In this document: piece after piece, positions 9,181-18,358 of the stretch
Layout: every line of letters starts with the position of its first letter
Numbering within the stretch: the first letter of the stretch is position 1
From: Nanobdellati archaeon
GTDB lineage: Archaea > EX4484-52 > WAPT01
DNA: 23,187 nucleotides
Reading direction: 5' to 3'
NCBI GenBank assembly: GCA_015520605.1
Contig: WAPT01000008.1
Coordinates: forward strand, 1-23,187
The notes under the pieces: generated by a model
What the model saw: only the letters and a program-made list of their open reading frames with translations
Databases searched by the model: none
Told to the model about the DNA's origin: nothing
Program-made: the position numbers and the translations under genes

Positions 9181-9195
9181 TATATAAACATTTCC
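9181..9195 (-). promoter_or_regulatory. Archaeal BRE/TATA promoter of the nrdR-nrdJ operon
   Basis: Minus strand reads GGAAATG-TTTATATA; predicted TSS near 9155-9160. Confidence 0.7.
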
Positions 9196-9249
9196 AGCCT
9201 GCGACATCCAAAATTCTGAGCATATATTGCAGAGGTGACTTCACGTTAT

Positions 9250-10749
9250 TCAGGATTCGTTCAACATGTTCTCAAGTATCTCCCTAACCTTCTTGGGGTC
9301 TGCACCCCCCCTTGTCTCTTTCATCACCTGTCCCACAAGAAAGTTCATTGCTTCCTTCCTGCCAGCTTTATAGTCTTCTGCTGCGTTTCTGTTCCCCTCC
9401 ACAACTTTCCTGATTATCTCCTCCAAGTTCCCAACATCCTTGAGGCTGGGGTATTTGTGTTTCTCAACTATGACCCTCATAGGCCGTTTTTCCTCCACCA
9501 TCCTTCTAAGTATCTCTTCGGTAACAACATCAGAGTAGAGGCCATCCTCGTAGGCTTTCACGAGTTCAACCATCCAATCATCAGGTATGCCGGCTTCCCT
9601 GTACTTTATGGTGTGGTAATTGAGGGTCTTCATCAGCACGAGTATCCATGCCACAGCATTCTTGACGGACACACTCCCGCACAGCTTTTCAAAGAGGTCG
9701 GCAATTTCAACATCAGCTGTTAAACTCTCGGCAGTTTTTTCCTTCAGCCCGTACTGCTGCATAAACCTTCTTCTCTTCTCATCTGGAAGTTCCGGAAGGT
9801 TCTCTCTTATCTTTCCAATGAACTTCTCATCGATCTCCATCACGGGAAGATCCGGATCAAATATGTATCCGTATTCCTCTTCCTCCTCCTTCATCCTCAA
9901 GCTTCTGCTGACACCAGACTTCTCATCCCATGCTCTGGTCTCTCTGGAAGGCACACCACCCCTCCTGAAAACGTTCAGCTGCCTGATAACTTCGTAACTC
10001 AACGCTCTCTCTATCTCCCTGGTTCCTGTTATATTCTTCAGCTCGACTCTCTCGCCAGCAGTACCGTTGTATTCCATGGAAATATTGGCATCGCTTTTGA
10101 TTGTCGCCTGAGTCGTGGAATCATAGACACCGAGATACTCAAGAATTTGAACGAGCTTCTGAAGATACGCTCTGGCTTCTCTCGGGCTGGAGAAGTCAGG
10201 CTCCGTGACTATCTCCAGAAGAGGTATACCTGCTCTGTTGTAGTCCACCAGAGTGTATCCATCCCTGTGAACAAGCTTTGCGGGATCCTCCTCTATGTGG
10301 ATGCGTCTTATCCTTATTTTCTTTCTCGAACCATCATCTCCATCTATCTCCACCCAGCCACCAGATGCTATGGGAATCTCGTACTGAGTTATCTGATAAT
10401 TCTTGTTCATGTCGGGATAAAAGTATGTTTTTCTTGAGAAGAAGGTTCTTTTTGCTGGATCCGCGTTTAATGCAAGGGCAACCATTATCGCATGCTCCAC
10501 CACCCTTTTGTTGAGCACGGGCTTAGTTCCTGGCATTCCGAGACAGACATCGCACACAAGAGTATTTGGAGCAGGCTCCTCCTTCAGGGTAACGGGATTC
10601 TTGCAGGAGCAGAACAACTTTGAGCGAGTTATGAGCTGAACATGCGTCTCAAGTCCGATCCTCACGGTAATATTTTCATCCTTATTGCCTGTTGTGTGCA
10701 TTACCGTGTCATTTCCTGCCGCAACGTGAGATTGAGATGATGAGCTCAT
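9250..10749 (-). CDS. gatB: Asp-tRNA(Asn)/Glu-tRNA(Gln) amidotransferase subunit B
   Basis: IGLETHVQL, SRKTYFYPD, HIEEDPAK, DYNRAGIPLLEIVTEPD, NFLVGQVMKETRGGADP. Confidence 0.96.
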   Translation of the reverse strand: MSSSSQSHVAAGNDTVMHTTGNKDENITVRIGLETHVQLITRSKLFCSCKNPVTLKEEPAPNTLVCDVCLGMPGTKPVLNKRVVEHAIMVALALNADPAKRTFFSRKTYFYPDMNKNYQITQYEIPIASGGWVEIDGDDGSRKKIRIRRIHIEEDPAKLVHRDGYTLVDYNRAGIPLLEIVTEPDFSSPREARAYLQKLVQILEYLGVYDSTTQATIKSDANISMEYNGTAGERVELKNITGTREIERALSYEVIRQLNVFRRGGVPSRETRAWDEKSGVSRSLRMKEEEEEYGYIFDPDLPVMEIDEKFIGKIRENLPELPDEKRRRFMQQYGLKEKTAESLTADVEIADLFEKLCGSVSVKNAVAWILVLMKTLNYHTIKYREAGIPDDWMVELVKAYEDGLYSDVVTEEILRRMVEEKRPMRVIVEKHKYPSLKDVGNLEEIIRKVVEGNRNAAEDYKAGRKEAMNFLVGQVMKETRGGADPKKVREILENMLNES

Positions 10750-10850
10750 GATGGAAAAACTGCAGACTCATATTTTTAAAGGTTAGAGGTGTGAGTTGCC
10801 GAAAGACCAAGAGAAAAAATTATTAAACTCTTGACATCACAAGTCTGAGC

Positions 10851-11489
10851 ATGCGCGCATTTGTACTGTATGCAAGGAAAGCCACAACAGCTCCGATCTT
10901 CTCTCTTAACGATCTCCCTGGAAGCGGGGGAAGAATGGATCTGATTGCAAGGTGTGTAACCCAAGCGCTCTGGCTCAGCCACAGGTTAAGGGAGAACACA
11001 GCTTTCTATGCTGTGCTTACCGGGCCTCCCGACCCTCCGAAGACAGTTGCCTTCTTTTCTGATAGCATGCGAAAGGTGTCTCCAGATGAGAGAAATGTAG
11101 GTAGTTGGATAAAGAAAGCTCTGGAAGTGTGGGAGAGAAAGGGTAGAAAAGCTGAAGAGAAGGGCGAGAGCTGGATAAAAGTTCAGGACGGAATATGGGT
11201 AGCGAGGAATGACATAGTCCCGTTGCTCAAAGAGCTTGTGGAGCAGTGCAACTTTCATCTTTACGTGTTGCATGAGAAAGGTCAGGACATAAGGAAGGTT
11301 GAACTCCCCTCCAACAATGTGTGCTTCGTGCTTGGCGACCATATAGGGCTGCCGAAGAAAGTGGAAGATTATGTGATTGATAAACTCGGAGCATGTAAAG
11401 TCTCTATCGGGCCCATGCCATATCTTGCTTCATCCTGCATAGCAATAGTCCATAATGAGCTCGACAGGAGAGTAAAGGAAAAGGTCTGA
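10851..11489 (+). CDS. trmY: tRNA (pseudouridine(54)-N1)-methyltransferase (SPOUT)
   Basis: FSLNDLPGSGGRMDLIARC, PDERN, FVLGDHIG, SIGP..YLASSCIAIVHNELDR. Confidence 0.93.
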   Translation: MRAFVLYARKATTAPIFSLNDLPGSGGRMDLIARCVTQALWLSHRLRENTAFYAVLTGPPDPPKTVAFFSDSMRKVSPDERNVGSWIKKALEVWERKGRKAEEKGESWIKVQDGIWVARNDIVPLLKELVEQCNFHLYVLHEKGQDIRKVELPSNNVCFVLGDHIGLPKKVEDYVIDKLGACKVSIGPMPYLASSCIAIVHNELDRRVKEKV

Positions 11490-11551
11490 CCTCGATTTCT
11501 AAGTTGTTGCTTCTCCCATCCCAAAATGTGTTGAGGGTGTTGTCCGCGCTT

Positions 11552-12598
11552 TTACACAACCATCTGAAACACGGCACTCATGACCTTCAGACTTCCGTAG
11601 TAAATACCAAAAGCCACCACCATAAAGAGAGGTATGTACTTTATCGCGGCTTTAGCATCTCCGTGCTGAATGATCGAGATGAGCATGCTCGCAAAGATTA
11701 TGTTTATCGAGAGACACAGAATGGAAAAAAGGGAAAACGCGCCGGTATCAATTTTTGTTGGTTTGAGAGATATGAAACCCCCTCCCATAAATGAAGCCAC
11801 ATCCTGATTAATATTCATCGTACCCCATGCCGAGGATGAGGTGTTAATTAACACCTTGGATATCGCAAATAGAAACGGAGCCGCAACCACCCCTGCAAGA
11901 AATATGAACATCATATACATCGATACGTTCGACCTTATTTCCCTCTGAAGCACCTCCACATTTCTCAGATCGTTGGCCGTCTCCTCCAGCAGACTGGCTA
12001 TGGTTCCCCCTGATTTCAACCCTTCCAGCAGAAGTTTCACCGTTCTTTCCAACGCTATGGACTTTATTCGTGTGAGCATTTTCCTGAAAGCCTCGCTAAC
12101 CTCTTCCCCGCCGTAAATCTCAAACGCCACCTTCTTGAACTCGTCAGATAGTTCGCCGAACTCCGGACGGGAGGCAAAGAGGATGGCTCTGTCAATGGTC
12201 AGTCCCGACTTTATGTTTGCCGATATCAGCATGAGTATGTCCGGGAGCACGACCTCCATCCTTTTTTTCCTCGCATCCGCAAGATAGGTGAAAATCAGGT
12301 ATGGTAGAAAGTAACCGAATATAAAAAGAATACCCATGGGAATTACCGCGAGGTGAAGCGGGACTCTGAATGTGAAGAAGAGTACCGAGGTTTCTACCAA
12401 CCCTATGATCCATATGATCAACATAATTGCCCCGCAGAAAGCGCTTTTGTCACCTTCTATTCCCGCATAAGTTTTTTCTTGCTCTATTTTTTTGCGGTAG
12501 TTTCTTGGCAGCAGGGAGTAAACAGTCAGCATTGCGTCTGTGATGAGCTGTTTCGCATTCAAGCTCTTTTTCCTGAGGAGGAAACTAACCCTTCTCAT
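11552..12598 (-). CDS. Type II secretion system F-family membrane platform protein (TadC-like)
   Basis: LPDILMLISANIKSG, FGELSDEF, multiple TM segments; overlaps the stop of the upstream paralog. Confidence 0.88.
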   Translation of the reverse strand: MRRVSFLLRKKSLNAKQLITDAMLTVYSLLPRNYRKKIEQEKTYAGIEGDKSAFCGAIMLIIWIIGLVETSVLFFTFRVPLHLAVIPMGILFIFGYFLPYLIFTYLADARKKRMEVVLPDILMLISANIKSGLTIDRAILFASRPEFGELSDEFKKVAFEIYGGEEVSEAFRKMLTRIKSIALERTVKLLLEGLKSGGTIASLLEETANDLRNVEVLQREIRSNVSMYMMFIFLAGVVAAPFLFAISKVLINTSSSAWGTMNINQDVASFMGGGFISLKPTKIDTGAFSLFSILCLSINIIFASMLISIIQHGDAKAAIKYIPLFMVVAFGIYYGSLKVMSAVFQMVV

Positions 12599-13458
12599 AT
12601 TTTCACCGATGGTCTCTTGTTCTTCACGACCTGCACGAACATAAACTGGAACGCCACAAGTATGAATAGTCCGATGGCAAGCATGCTCTTATCGATAACC
12701 ATGCCAACAAAGGACGACAAAATCATGAGAAATGTTATACCGAGGGACGGCACTATTATACCGAACATCATATACATGAGGGTCCACGGGTTGAGTTCCT
12801 GACCGTATTTTTTGATCGCTATTAATTGCTCTCTCATTATCTCATCCACGACCGCTTCCAAGGATCTTGTCAGATCAGCACCCGTCTTTACGGCGGTGAG
12901 CAACTGCCACAGAGCCCTGCGGAGAGGTAAGGATGGGTTCCTCGATATACTATCTTCCAGCGCCTCAACCTGACTTTTGCCCGCATTTATACCCTCGATT
13001 ATTTTCCTGAACTCACTCGAAGCCTCTCCATAGCCTTCGGAAACCGTGACCATGGCCTGATAAAGAGGCACACCGGCCTTGACCTGAATCAGAAGGTGTC
13101 TCAGAGCATAAGGTAAGTCCTCCTCGATTTTTTTGGCTTTCTTGTATGAAATAAATCTGGGATAATAAAGGGAGGTGTAAAAGTTCAGGAGGAAGAAAAG
13201 CAAAAAGGATACGACCGCTATCTTCATTATCATGGCATCCTGGAGAATGATACCAAGGAGTACTATTAAAGTCCCAAACATGATGGCTGTGTAAACACCC
13301 TTGTAGAGCGAGACCGCGATGTGTTCAACTAGGCTGAGTTTTGATTCCACCCTTGCAAGGTCGGCATTGAGGTGATAAAAAAGGGGTTCGAGCTTCTTGG
13401 CAATGGGAAAGAATATTCTCGCCCTGTTTACAAGCGCTTCCTCATTAATTCGGGTCAT
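12595..13458 (-). CDS. Type II secretion system F-family membrane platform protein (TadB-like)
   Basis: IEEDLPYALRHL..VKAGVPL, YGEASSEF, ELNPWTLMYMMFGIIVPSLG; TM segments. Confidence 0.88.
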   Translation of the reverse strand: MTRINEEALVNRARIFFPIAKKLEPLFYHLNADLARVESKLSLVEHIAVSLYKGVYTAIMFGTLIVLLGIILQDAMIMKIAVVSFLLFFLLNFYTSLYYPRFISYKKAKKIEEDLPYALRHLLIQVKAGVPLYQAMVTVSEGYGEASSEFRKIIEGINAGKSQVEALEDSISRNPSLPLRRALWQLLTAVKTGADLTRSLEAVVDEIMREQLIAIKKYGQELNPWTLMYMMFGIIVPSLGITFLMILSSFVGMVIDKSMLAIGLFILVAFQFMFVQVVKNKRPSVKI

Positions 13459-13478
13459 ATACCAACCCCCAAGATACG

Positions 13479-15071
13479 TCAGAGTGTGACCCTCTCGAGT
13501 TCTTTCAACAGATCCTCATCGAGAAGTTCTTTTGGATCAGCATCTTTCGCTGCCAGATCTACTATTTCATCTTCGTTTCTGTAATATTCTGCAATGATCT
13601 TCCCGATGGTGTTGACAGTCTTTATTCCGTGTTTCCTGAGCCATTCAAGTATTGTCATCTTTCTCTTTATATTCTCGTCTATTTCCTTTTCAGTCATGCC
13701 CGCATAAAGGTTTATCTCTCTGTATATCCTCCAGCATTTGTTCAGCTTCTTGAAGGTGTCGCTGGCCGCGTTCCACCTATAAACAGCGTTGAGTCCCAGC
13801 TCCTTTTCTCCCGGCAATATTTCCACAACCTCTAAGGTCCTTCTGACACCCATTCTCCTGTGGCGGAACTGTACAACTATGAGATGGAGAGCGCTCAGAA
13901 CGGAGGGAGGAAGATCCATCGGAGGGTTGGTAAGCCTCTTTATCACCTCGTCTGCTCTGTCTCCGTGGAAGGTCGCGTATGCGCTGTGCCCCGTCCTTAT
14001 TGCTTCAAACATAACCTCAGCTTCTTCTTTCCTTCTTATCTCACCGATTATTATTCTGTCGGGCCTCATCCTAAGGGAGTTAACAAGCAGATCCAGCATG
14101 GTAACAGCCCCCCTTCCCTCAGGATTAGCCTCCCTGCTGGAGAATGGGACCCAGTGCAGGAACTTGGGGAGGTTTATCTCCCTTGTGTCCTCTATGGAGA
14201 TTATCCTTTGATTTGGAGGAATAAACGGCAGGAGTGTTGAAAGCATGGACGTTTTGCCGGAAGCTGTGCCTCCGGCAACTATTATGTTCATCTCATACTG
14301 CATGGCAAGCCAGAGTATGGCCGCTATCTCGGGTGAAAGAGTGTTGTTGTCAATAAGGTGGATTATGGTCCATGGAGAACGGGAAAATTTTCTGATCGTC
14401 AGCGTGTTTCCGTGAGTGGAAATGGGAAAGAGTGTGGCGTTTACCCTATCCCCGGTGGGAAGGTAAGCGTCCATAAGTGGGTGTAAGTTCGTTATCTGTC
14501 TTCCCACCCTCCTGCCTATCGCCGCAGCGTAATTGTAAATCTTTTCCTCACTTCCTATCACGATATTTGTCTTGAGCCAGCCGTACTTTTTGTGATACAC
14601 CCACACCGGCTCTTTGGAGGAGTTAACGACTATCTCTTCAAGGTGGGGATCCGCTATAAAAAACTCGATGTCCTCAAGCCCAAGCATCTCGTGGATCAAC
14701 GTGCCGACCAAGATGTTTTTTTCCTTTTCAGAGAGAGCTGGCAAATAGCTGTCTATGAGCTCCATTGCCTTTGCCCTGAACCGCTGTTTTAAAGATGCCA
14801 CGGCTGAAGGATCAACAAACTCTTTGGTTGAGATTTCCACGAGTTTTATAAGCTCCTCCCTTATCGCGTTAAGAATGGCCTTCGTTGCTATATCTATCCG
14901 AGGTCTATTGAGAATGTAAAGAGGTACATACTCATGTTTGGTTTCCACAACCTCCACGCTTGCCTCCACACTATCAGCAACGACGGTGTATGATTCTATG
15001 ACTCTTTCCTCATTTTCTAGAGTGTACTTCGAATTTCTTTCTTTGGTGGGGTTGCTACCACTTTTGCTCAT
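13479..15071 (-). CDS. CpaF/TadA/VirB11-family pilus assembly ATPase
   Basis: Walker A GGTASGKT, IEDTRE, SLRMRPDRIIIGEIR, GHSAYATFH. Confidence 0.94.
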   Translation of the reverse strand: MSKSGSNPTKERNSKYTLENEERVIESYTVVADSVEASVEVVETKHEYVPLYILNRPRIDIATKAILNAIREELIKLVEISTKEFVDPSAVASLKQRFRAKAMELIDSYLPALSEKEKNILVGTLIHEMLGLEDIEFFIADPHLEEIVVNSSKEPVWVYHKKYGWLKTNIVIGSEEKIYNYAAAIGRRVGRQITNLHPLMDAYLPTGDRVNATLFPISTHGNTLTIRKFSRSPWTIIHLIDNNTLSPEIAAILWLAMQYEMNIIVAGGTASGKTSMLSTLLPFIPPNQRIISIEDTREINLPKFLHWVPFSSREANPEGRGAVTMLDLLVNSLRMRPDRIIIGEIRRKEEAEVMFEAIRTGHSAYATFHGDRADEVIKRLTNPPMDLPPSVLSALHLIVVQFRHRRMGVRRTLEVVEILPGEKELGLNAVYRWNAASDTFKKLNKCWRIYREINLYAGMTEKEIDENIKRKMTILEWLRKHGIKTVNTIGKIIAEYYRNEDEIVDLAAKDADPKELLDEDLLKELERVTL

Positions 15072-15159
15072 ATCTCAATATTAGGATACTTGCCTCTATA
15101 TTAATGTTTCGAGGACCCCACCATACTTCATTTCTCTTCTTCGGGAGTTTTGATTTGCT

Positions 15160-15491
15160 TCCTGTTTTTTCCAGCTTTACCCAAATCTGAGCACCGCGCG
15201 GGATCTTCACCTCGTGCTTGTGATCAAACTCCTCGGCGCTTTCAAAAACCCATGCATACAGCCCCCCCTTCCTTCCGAGTATTTCTCCAGCTCTTTTTCA
15301 TTAACTCTATGGAGGTGCTTGAACCGTTTTAGCTCCTCAACGCTGAACGGACCCTTAACATCTACAAGCTCGGCTTTACCCACAACTTTACCCTCGGAAA
15401 GAATCATCACCTCCCCTCTCACATTCGTCCTTCTCTTCCTGAGTTCCCACTTTTTTATGCCCTTGACTATATGGGACATTATTTTCCTCAT
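15160..15491 (-). pseudogene. ASCH-domain protein, frameshifted and apparently 5'-truncated
   Basis: IVKGIKKWELRKRRT (GxKxxExR ASCH motif), GKAELVDVKGPF; after the G7 run (15262-15268) the homologous LYAWVFE...IPRGAQIWVKL continues in another frame. Confidence 0.75.
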
Positions 15492-17381
15492 GGAACGTGT
15501 CATCAGGGCAAAAGTAACGAAGCATGAGCTTCCCGAGCACAAGCACAGATGGTTCGATGTGGTGGAGCTTGACAATGGTCTTTATCTTTACATGTCCGGT
15601 ATAGTGGCCTGGTTGTTTGAAGGAGGTTTGGAGGTTGTTCTCAAGAACCAACGAAAAAGATCTACGGCAGAAATGTTCTGTTATTTGAGGACTACGAACT
15701 CTACAAAGTATATGAGGGAGAGAGAATCAAAGTCTGGGATGTTTTCTATAAGCACATAGAACTCCCGAGACTGAACTTTGGCAGGGAGGTTTACAGGTAT
15801 AAGATCCTTGCAAGAGAGGCAATATATGAAAGAGACTTTGAGGCTATAGCCGAGCTTGAACAGTACCGTTACGCAAGCGAGAAGAGTAAAGTTGCTCTCT
15901 GGAAATGTTACGATTGCGAAGCGCTGATGGAAGCGAACACAAAACCCCAATGTGAGAACTGCGGCAACGAGAATGTGCACATAGTGGAGATAAAAGGTTC
16001 AACCCCAGCATCCCGCTTCCTCATATTCGAGCTTGTGGACAGGCAGCCGTACGAACCCAACGTTATAGCTTAAGTTAGGGTCGATCCCGCAATTCCTCTC
16101 ATGCACAGAAGAGTGGATGGAGAGGTGATAAAAAATATAAGGGAGCGTGTCTTCCCAAAGGAATGGTTCGAGGATGTGTTCTGGCCGGAGAAGGAGTTTG
16201 CGAAGCTGTTCAGAAAGCTGAGGAGGGAGTATTTAAAATAGCAGGCATAAACTGTGGGAAAAGGCAAGCGAAGAAGCTATGAGAAAGTGCAACTCTGTAG
16301 CCTCGCGCATTGCAAGGGTTGTGGTACACCCGGACTACAGGGCTGATGGTATAGGAGTATGCCATCAGAACTGCTATAGAGTGGATAGCAGAGAAAAGAG
16401 TCCCGAAGATGAGGTGAAAAAGCATCTCGTGGAAACGATAGCCCAGATGGTGAGATACAACCCCTTCTTTGAAAAGGCGGGCTTTTACTACATGTGGGAT
16501 ACCGCATCAGGAAGACCCGTGCTGTACTACCCGCTGACCAAGGAAGCAGAACACCACATAAAAACCTTCTCGTAGAGGACGAGACCGCGAAGAAGCACAA
16601 GGGCAGGCTGTGTGTTTCGCGCTACGGAAAAGTTAGGAAGATGGAAAAGCTCAGATTTATCAACGTCTACAAGCTGTTCCGGAGCGTGCTTGACTTTGAG
16701 GGGCTGGATGATGATGTCAAGGAAGTGCTATCATCATTCGGTGTGAGGCAAAGGGTGGTGAAGAGGTATGTTTTCAGGAATGTCAACCTCGAGATCAGGT
16801 CGGGGGAAGTGGTAGCAGTGGTTGGAGCGAGCGGAGCGGGCAAAACAACATTGATAAAACTCATAATTGGAGCTACTCTCGGCATCAAAGATTAAGCTTA
16901 CCTCCCGACCAGCGGAAAAATACAGGCATCAGTGCCAGAAATTGCAGCAATAATCCCTGCCGAAATTGAGCCCAGTATTGATGAAGAGAAAAGCATACTC
17001 GAACAGGTTTATGAGGTGTGCGGAGACAAACACCTGGCTGATGAAGTGTTGAATAAAGCAGGAATTTTTGACGCGGTGCTTTTCAGAGCAAGATACAGCG
17101 AGCTCTCTACGGGCCAGAAGGAGAGATTTCGCCTTGCTCTGTGTCTTGCAAAGAAGCCAAGTCTGATGCTCGTGGATGAATTTGCAGCACACCTTGATGA
17201 AATCACAGCTATGCGCGTAGCCAGAAAAATATCGCAGCTCGCGAGGGAGGCAGGCATAACTCTAATAGCGGTGACACACAGGAAGGAAATAATAGATACC
17301 CTTGCTCCCGACAGGATTTTATATGTAGGGTATGGCGGTGTGACCGAAGCTCCTGTCGAGTCATCCCGAGCTCCCTCGTAA
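15490..17381 (+). pseudogene. GNAT acetyltransferase-ABC ATPase fusion (COG2401-like), multiply disrupted
   Basis: Fragments across frames: CxxC zinc ribbon (CYDC/CENC), RIARVVVHPDYRADGIG (GNAT), GASGAGKT, LSTGQKER, LVDEF, VTH; in-frame TAA at 16071 and 16893 and about five frameshifts. Confidence 0.88.
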
Positions 17382-17433
17382 AGAAAATGGAGGTGACAAG
17401 TTGCTCGAATCCCATCTGATTCCTGATTCATAC

Positions 17434-18021
17434 TTAACCCCATTTGCGTTTCTTAAGCACTACTTTCCTGTACCAAAAATACCAGTAAAGGACTATAGCC
17501 CCCGTGAGTCCCCACCTCCAGAGGTGGATGTGCACAACCTCCATGACTTTAATCCCGTAAGCCACACCTACCAGTATCGTTGTCACCAGCCTTATTAAAT
17601 TCACTGCCGCGATAACGAGAGCTCCTGCCAGAATTGCCGTGATCCGGTCTCTCCATGAGGCTTTTGGGGTTGCAATAACAAGCCCGCACACCGCCATGAA
17701 GGACTTCCATCCGGTGCAGTCCCTTATTATCTCTATTCTTATCCCGTCCATATAGATGGAAATACCATTGTGTACGGCATTAAATCCGAGAAGATTTAGC
17801 AGTGTGGTTACCATCTCTGCGGTTATTTCTTGCAACGGGGCCATATCAACATTCATCCAGATAACGATATGCATGGGCAAAGCCACACATGTAAACTTCA
17901 AAAGAAACACGAAGGCTTCGTAGAGTTTTCTATCCCTTCTCGAAAGTTTCCTAACGAATCTGCGGTGTGCTCTTCTTTTCTCCCTTACAAACACTTTTAT
18001 GGAGCGGAGCACATCCCTCAT
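17434..18021 (-). CDS. Exosortase/archaeosortase family transpeptidase
   Basis: TM-rich; IIRDCTGWKS (Cys), VNLIRL (Arg), VVHIHLW (His) catalytic triad pattern. Confidence 0.87.
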   Translation of the reverse strand: MRDVLRSIKVFVREKRRAHRRFVRKLSRRDRKLYEAFVFLLKFTCVALPMHIVIWMNVDMAPLQEITAEMVTTLLNLLGFNAVHNGISIYMDGIRIEIIRDCTGWKSFMAVCGLVIATPKASWRDRITAILAGALVIAAVNLIRLVTTILVGVAYGIKVMEVVHIHLWRWGLTGAIVLYWYFWYRKVVLKKRKWG

Positions 18022-18103
18022 ATCCAGAAAGGTGGAAGGTCAAATATAAAGGATTATGCTGGGTCTGTGATATGAACTCTCCGCCGAATTCTTCATTGGA
18101 ATT

Positions 18104-18229
18104 TCAGCTCGCCACGAACATTTTCAGTCCACAGCACTCCGGCGGAGAATTAAATGCATGCTCTTCCTTCTCCACGTGCTGCTCCACAACTCTGCCGCAC
18201 TTCGTACACACATACCTCTTTTTTGCCAT
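18104..18229 (-). CDS. 41-aa desulforedoxin-like metal-binding microprotein
   Basis: Manual translation MAKKRYVCTKCGRVVEQHVEKEEHAFNSPPECCGLKMFVAS*; YxCxxCG...CCG..M pattern; TTTTATAT ~25 nt upstream. Confidence 0.8.
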   Translation of the reverse strand: MAKKRYVCTKCGRVVEQHVEKEEHAFNSPPECCGLKMFVAS

Positions 18230-18358
18230 AGACTTAATAATAATCAAAGAACGCATATAAAACTTCGTGCTGATATATTAAGATATGCAGAAAGAGATGC
18301 GCAAAACTTTCTGAGTTTCAACCTATCGCTAAAAAGAAAAACACATGGGAAGGGAATG

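Noticed and set aside
15490-17381. Stop-codon recoding or programmed frameshifting producing a full GNAT-ABC protein
   Set aside because: Lesions are numerous and mixed, and TAA terminates intact genes elsewhere in the window; decay is the simpler explanation.
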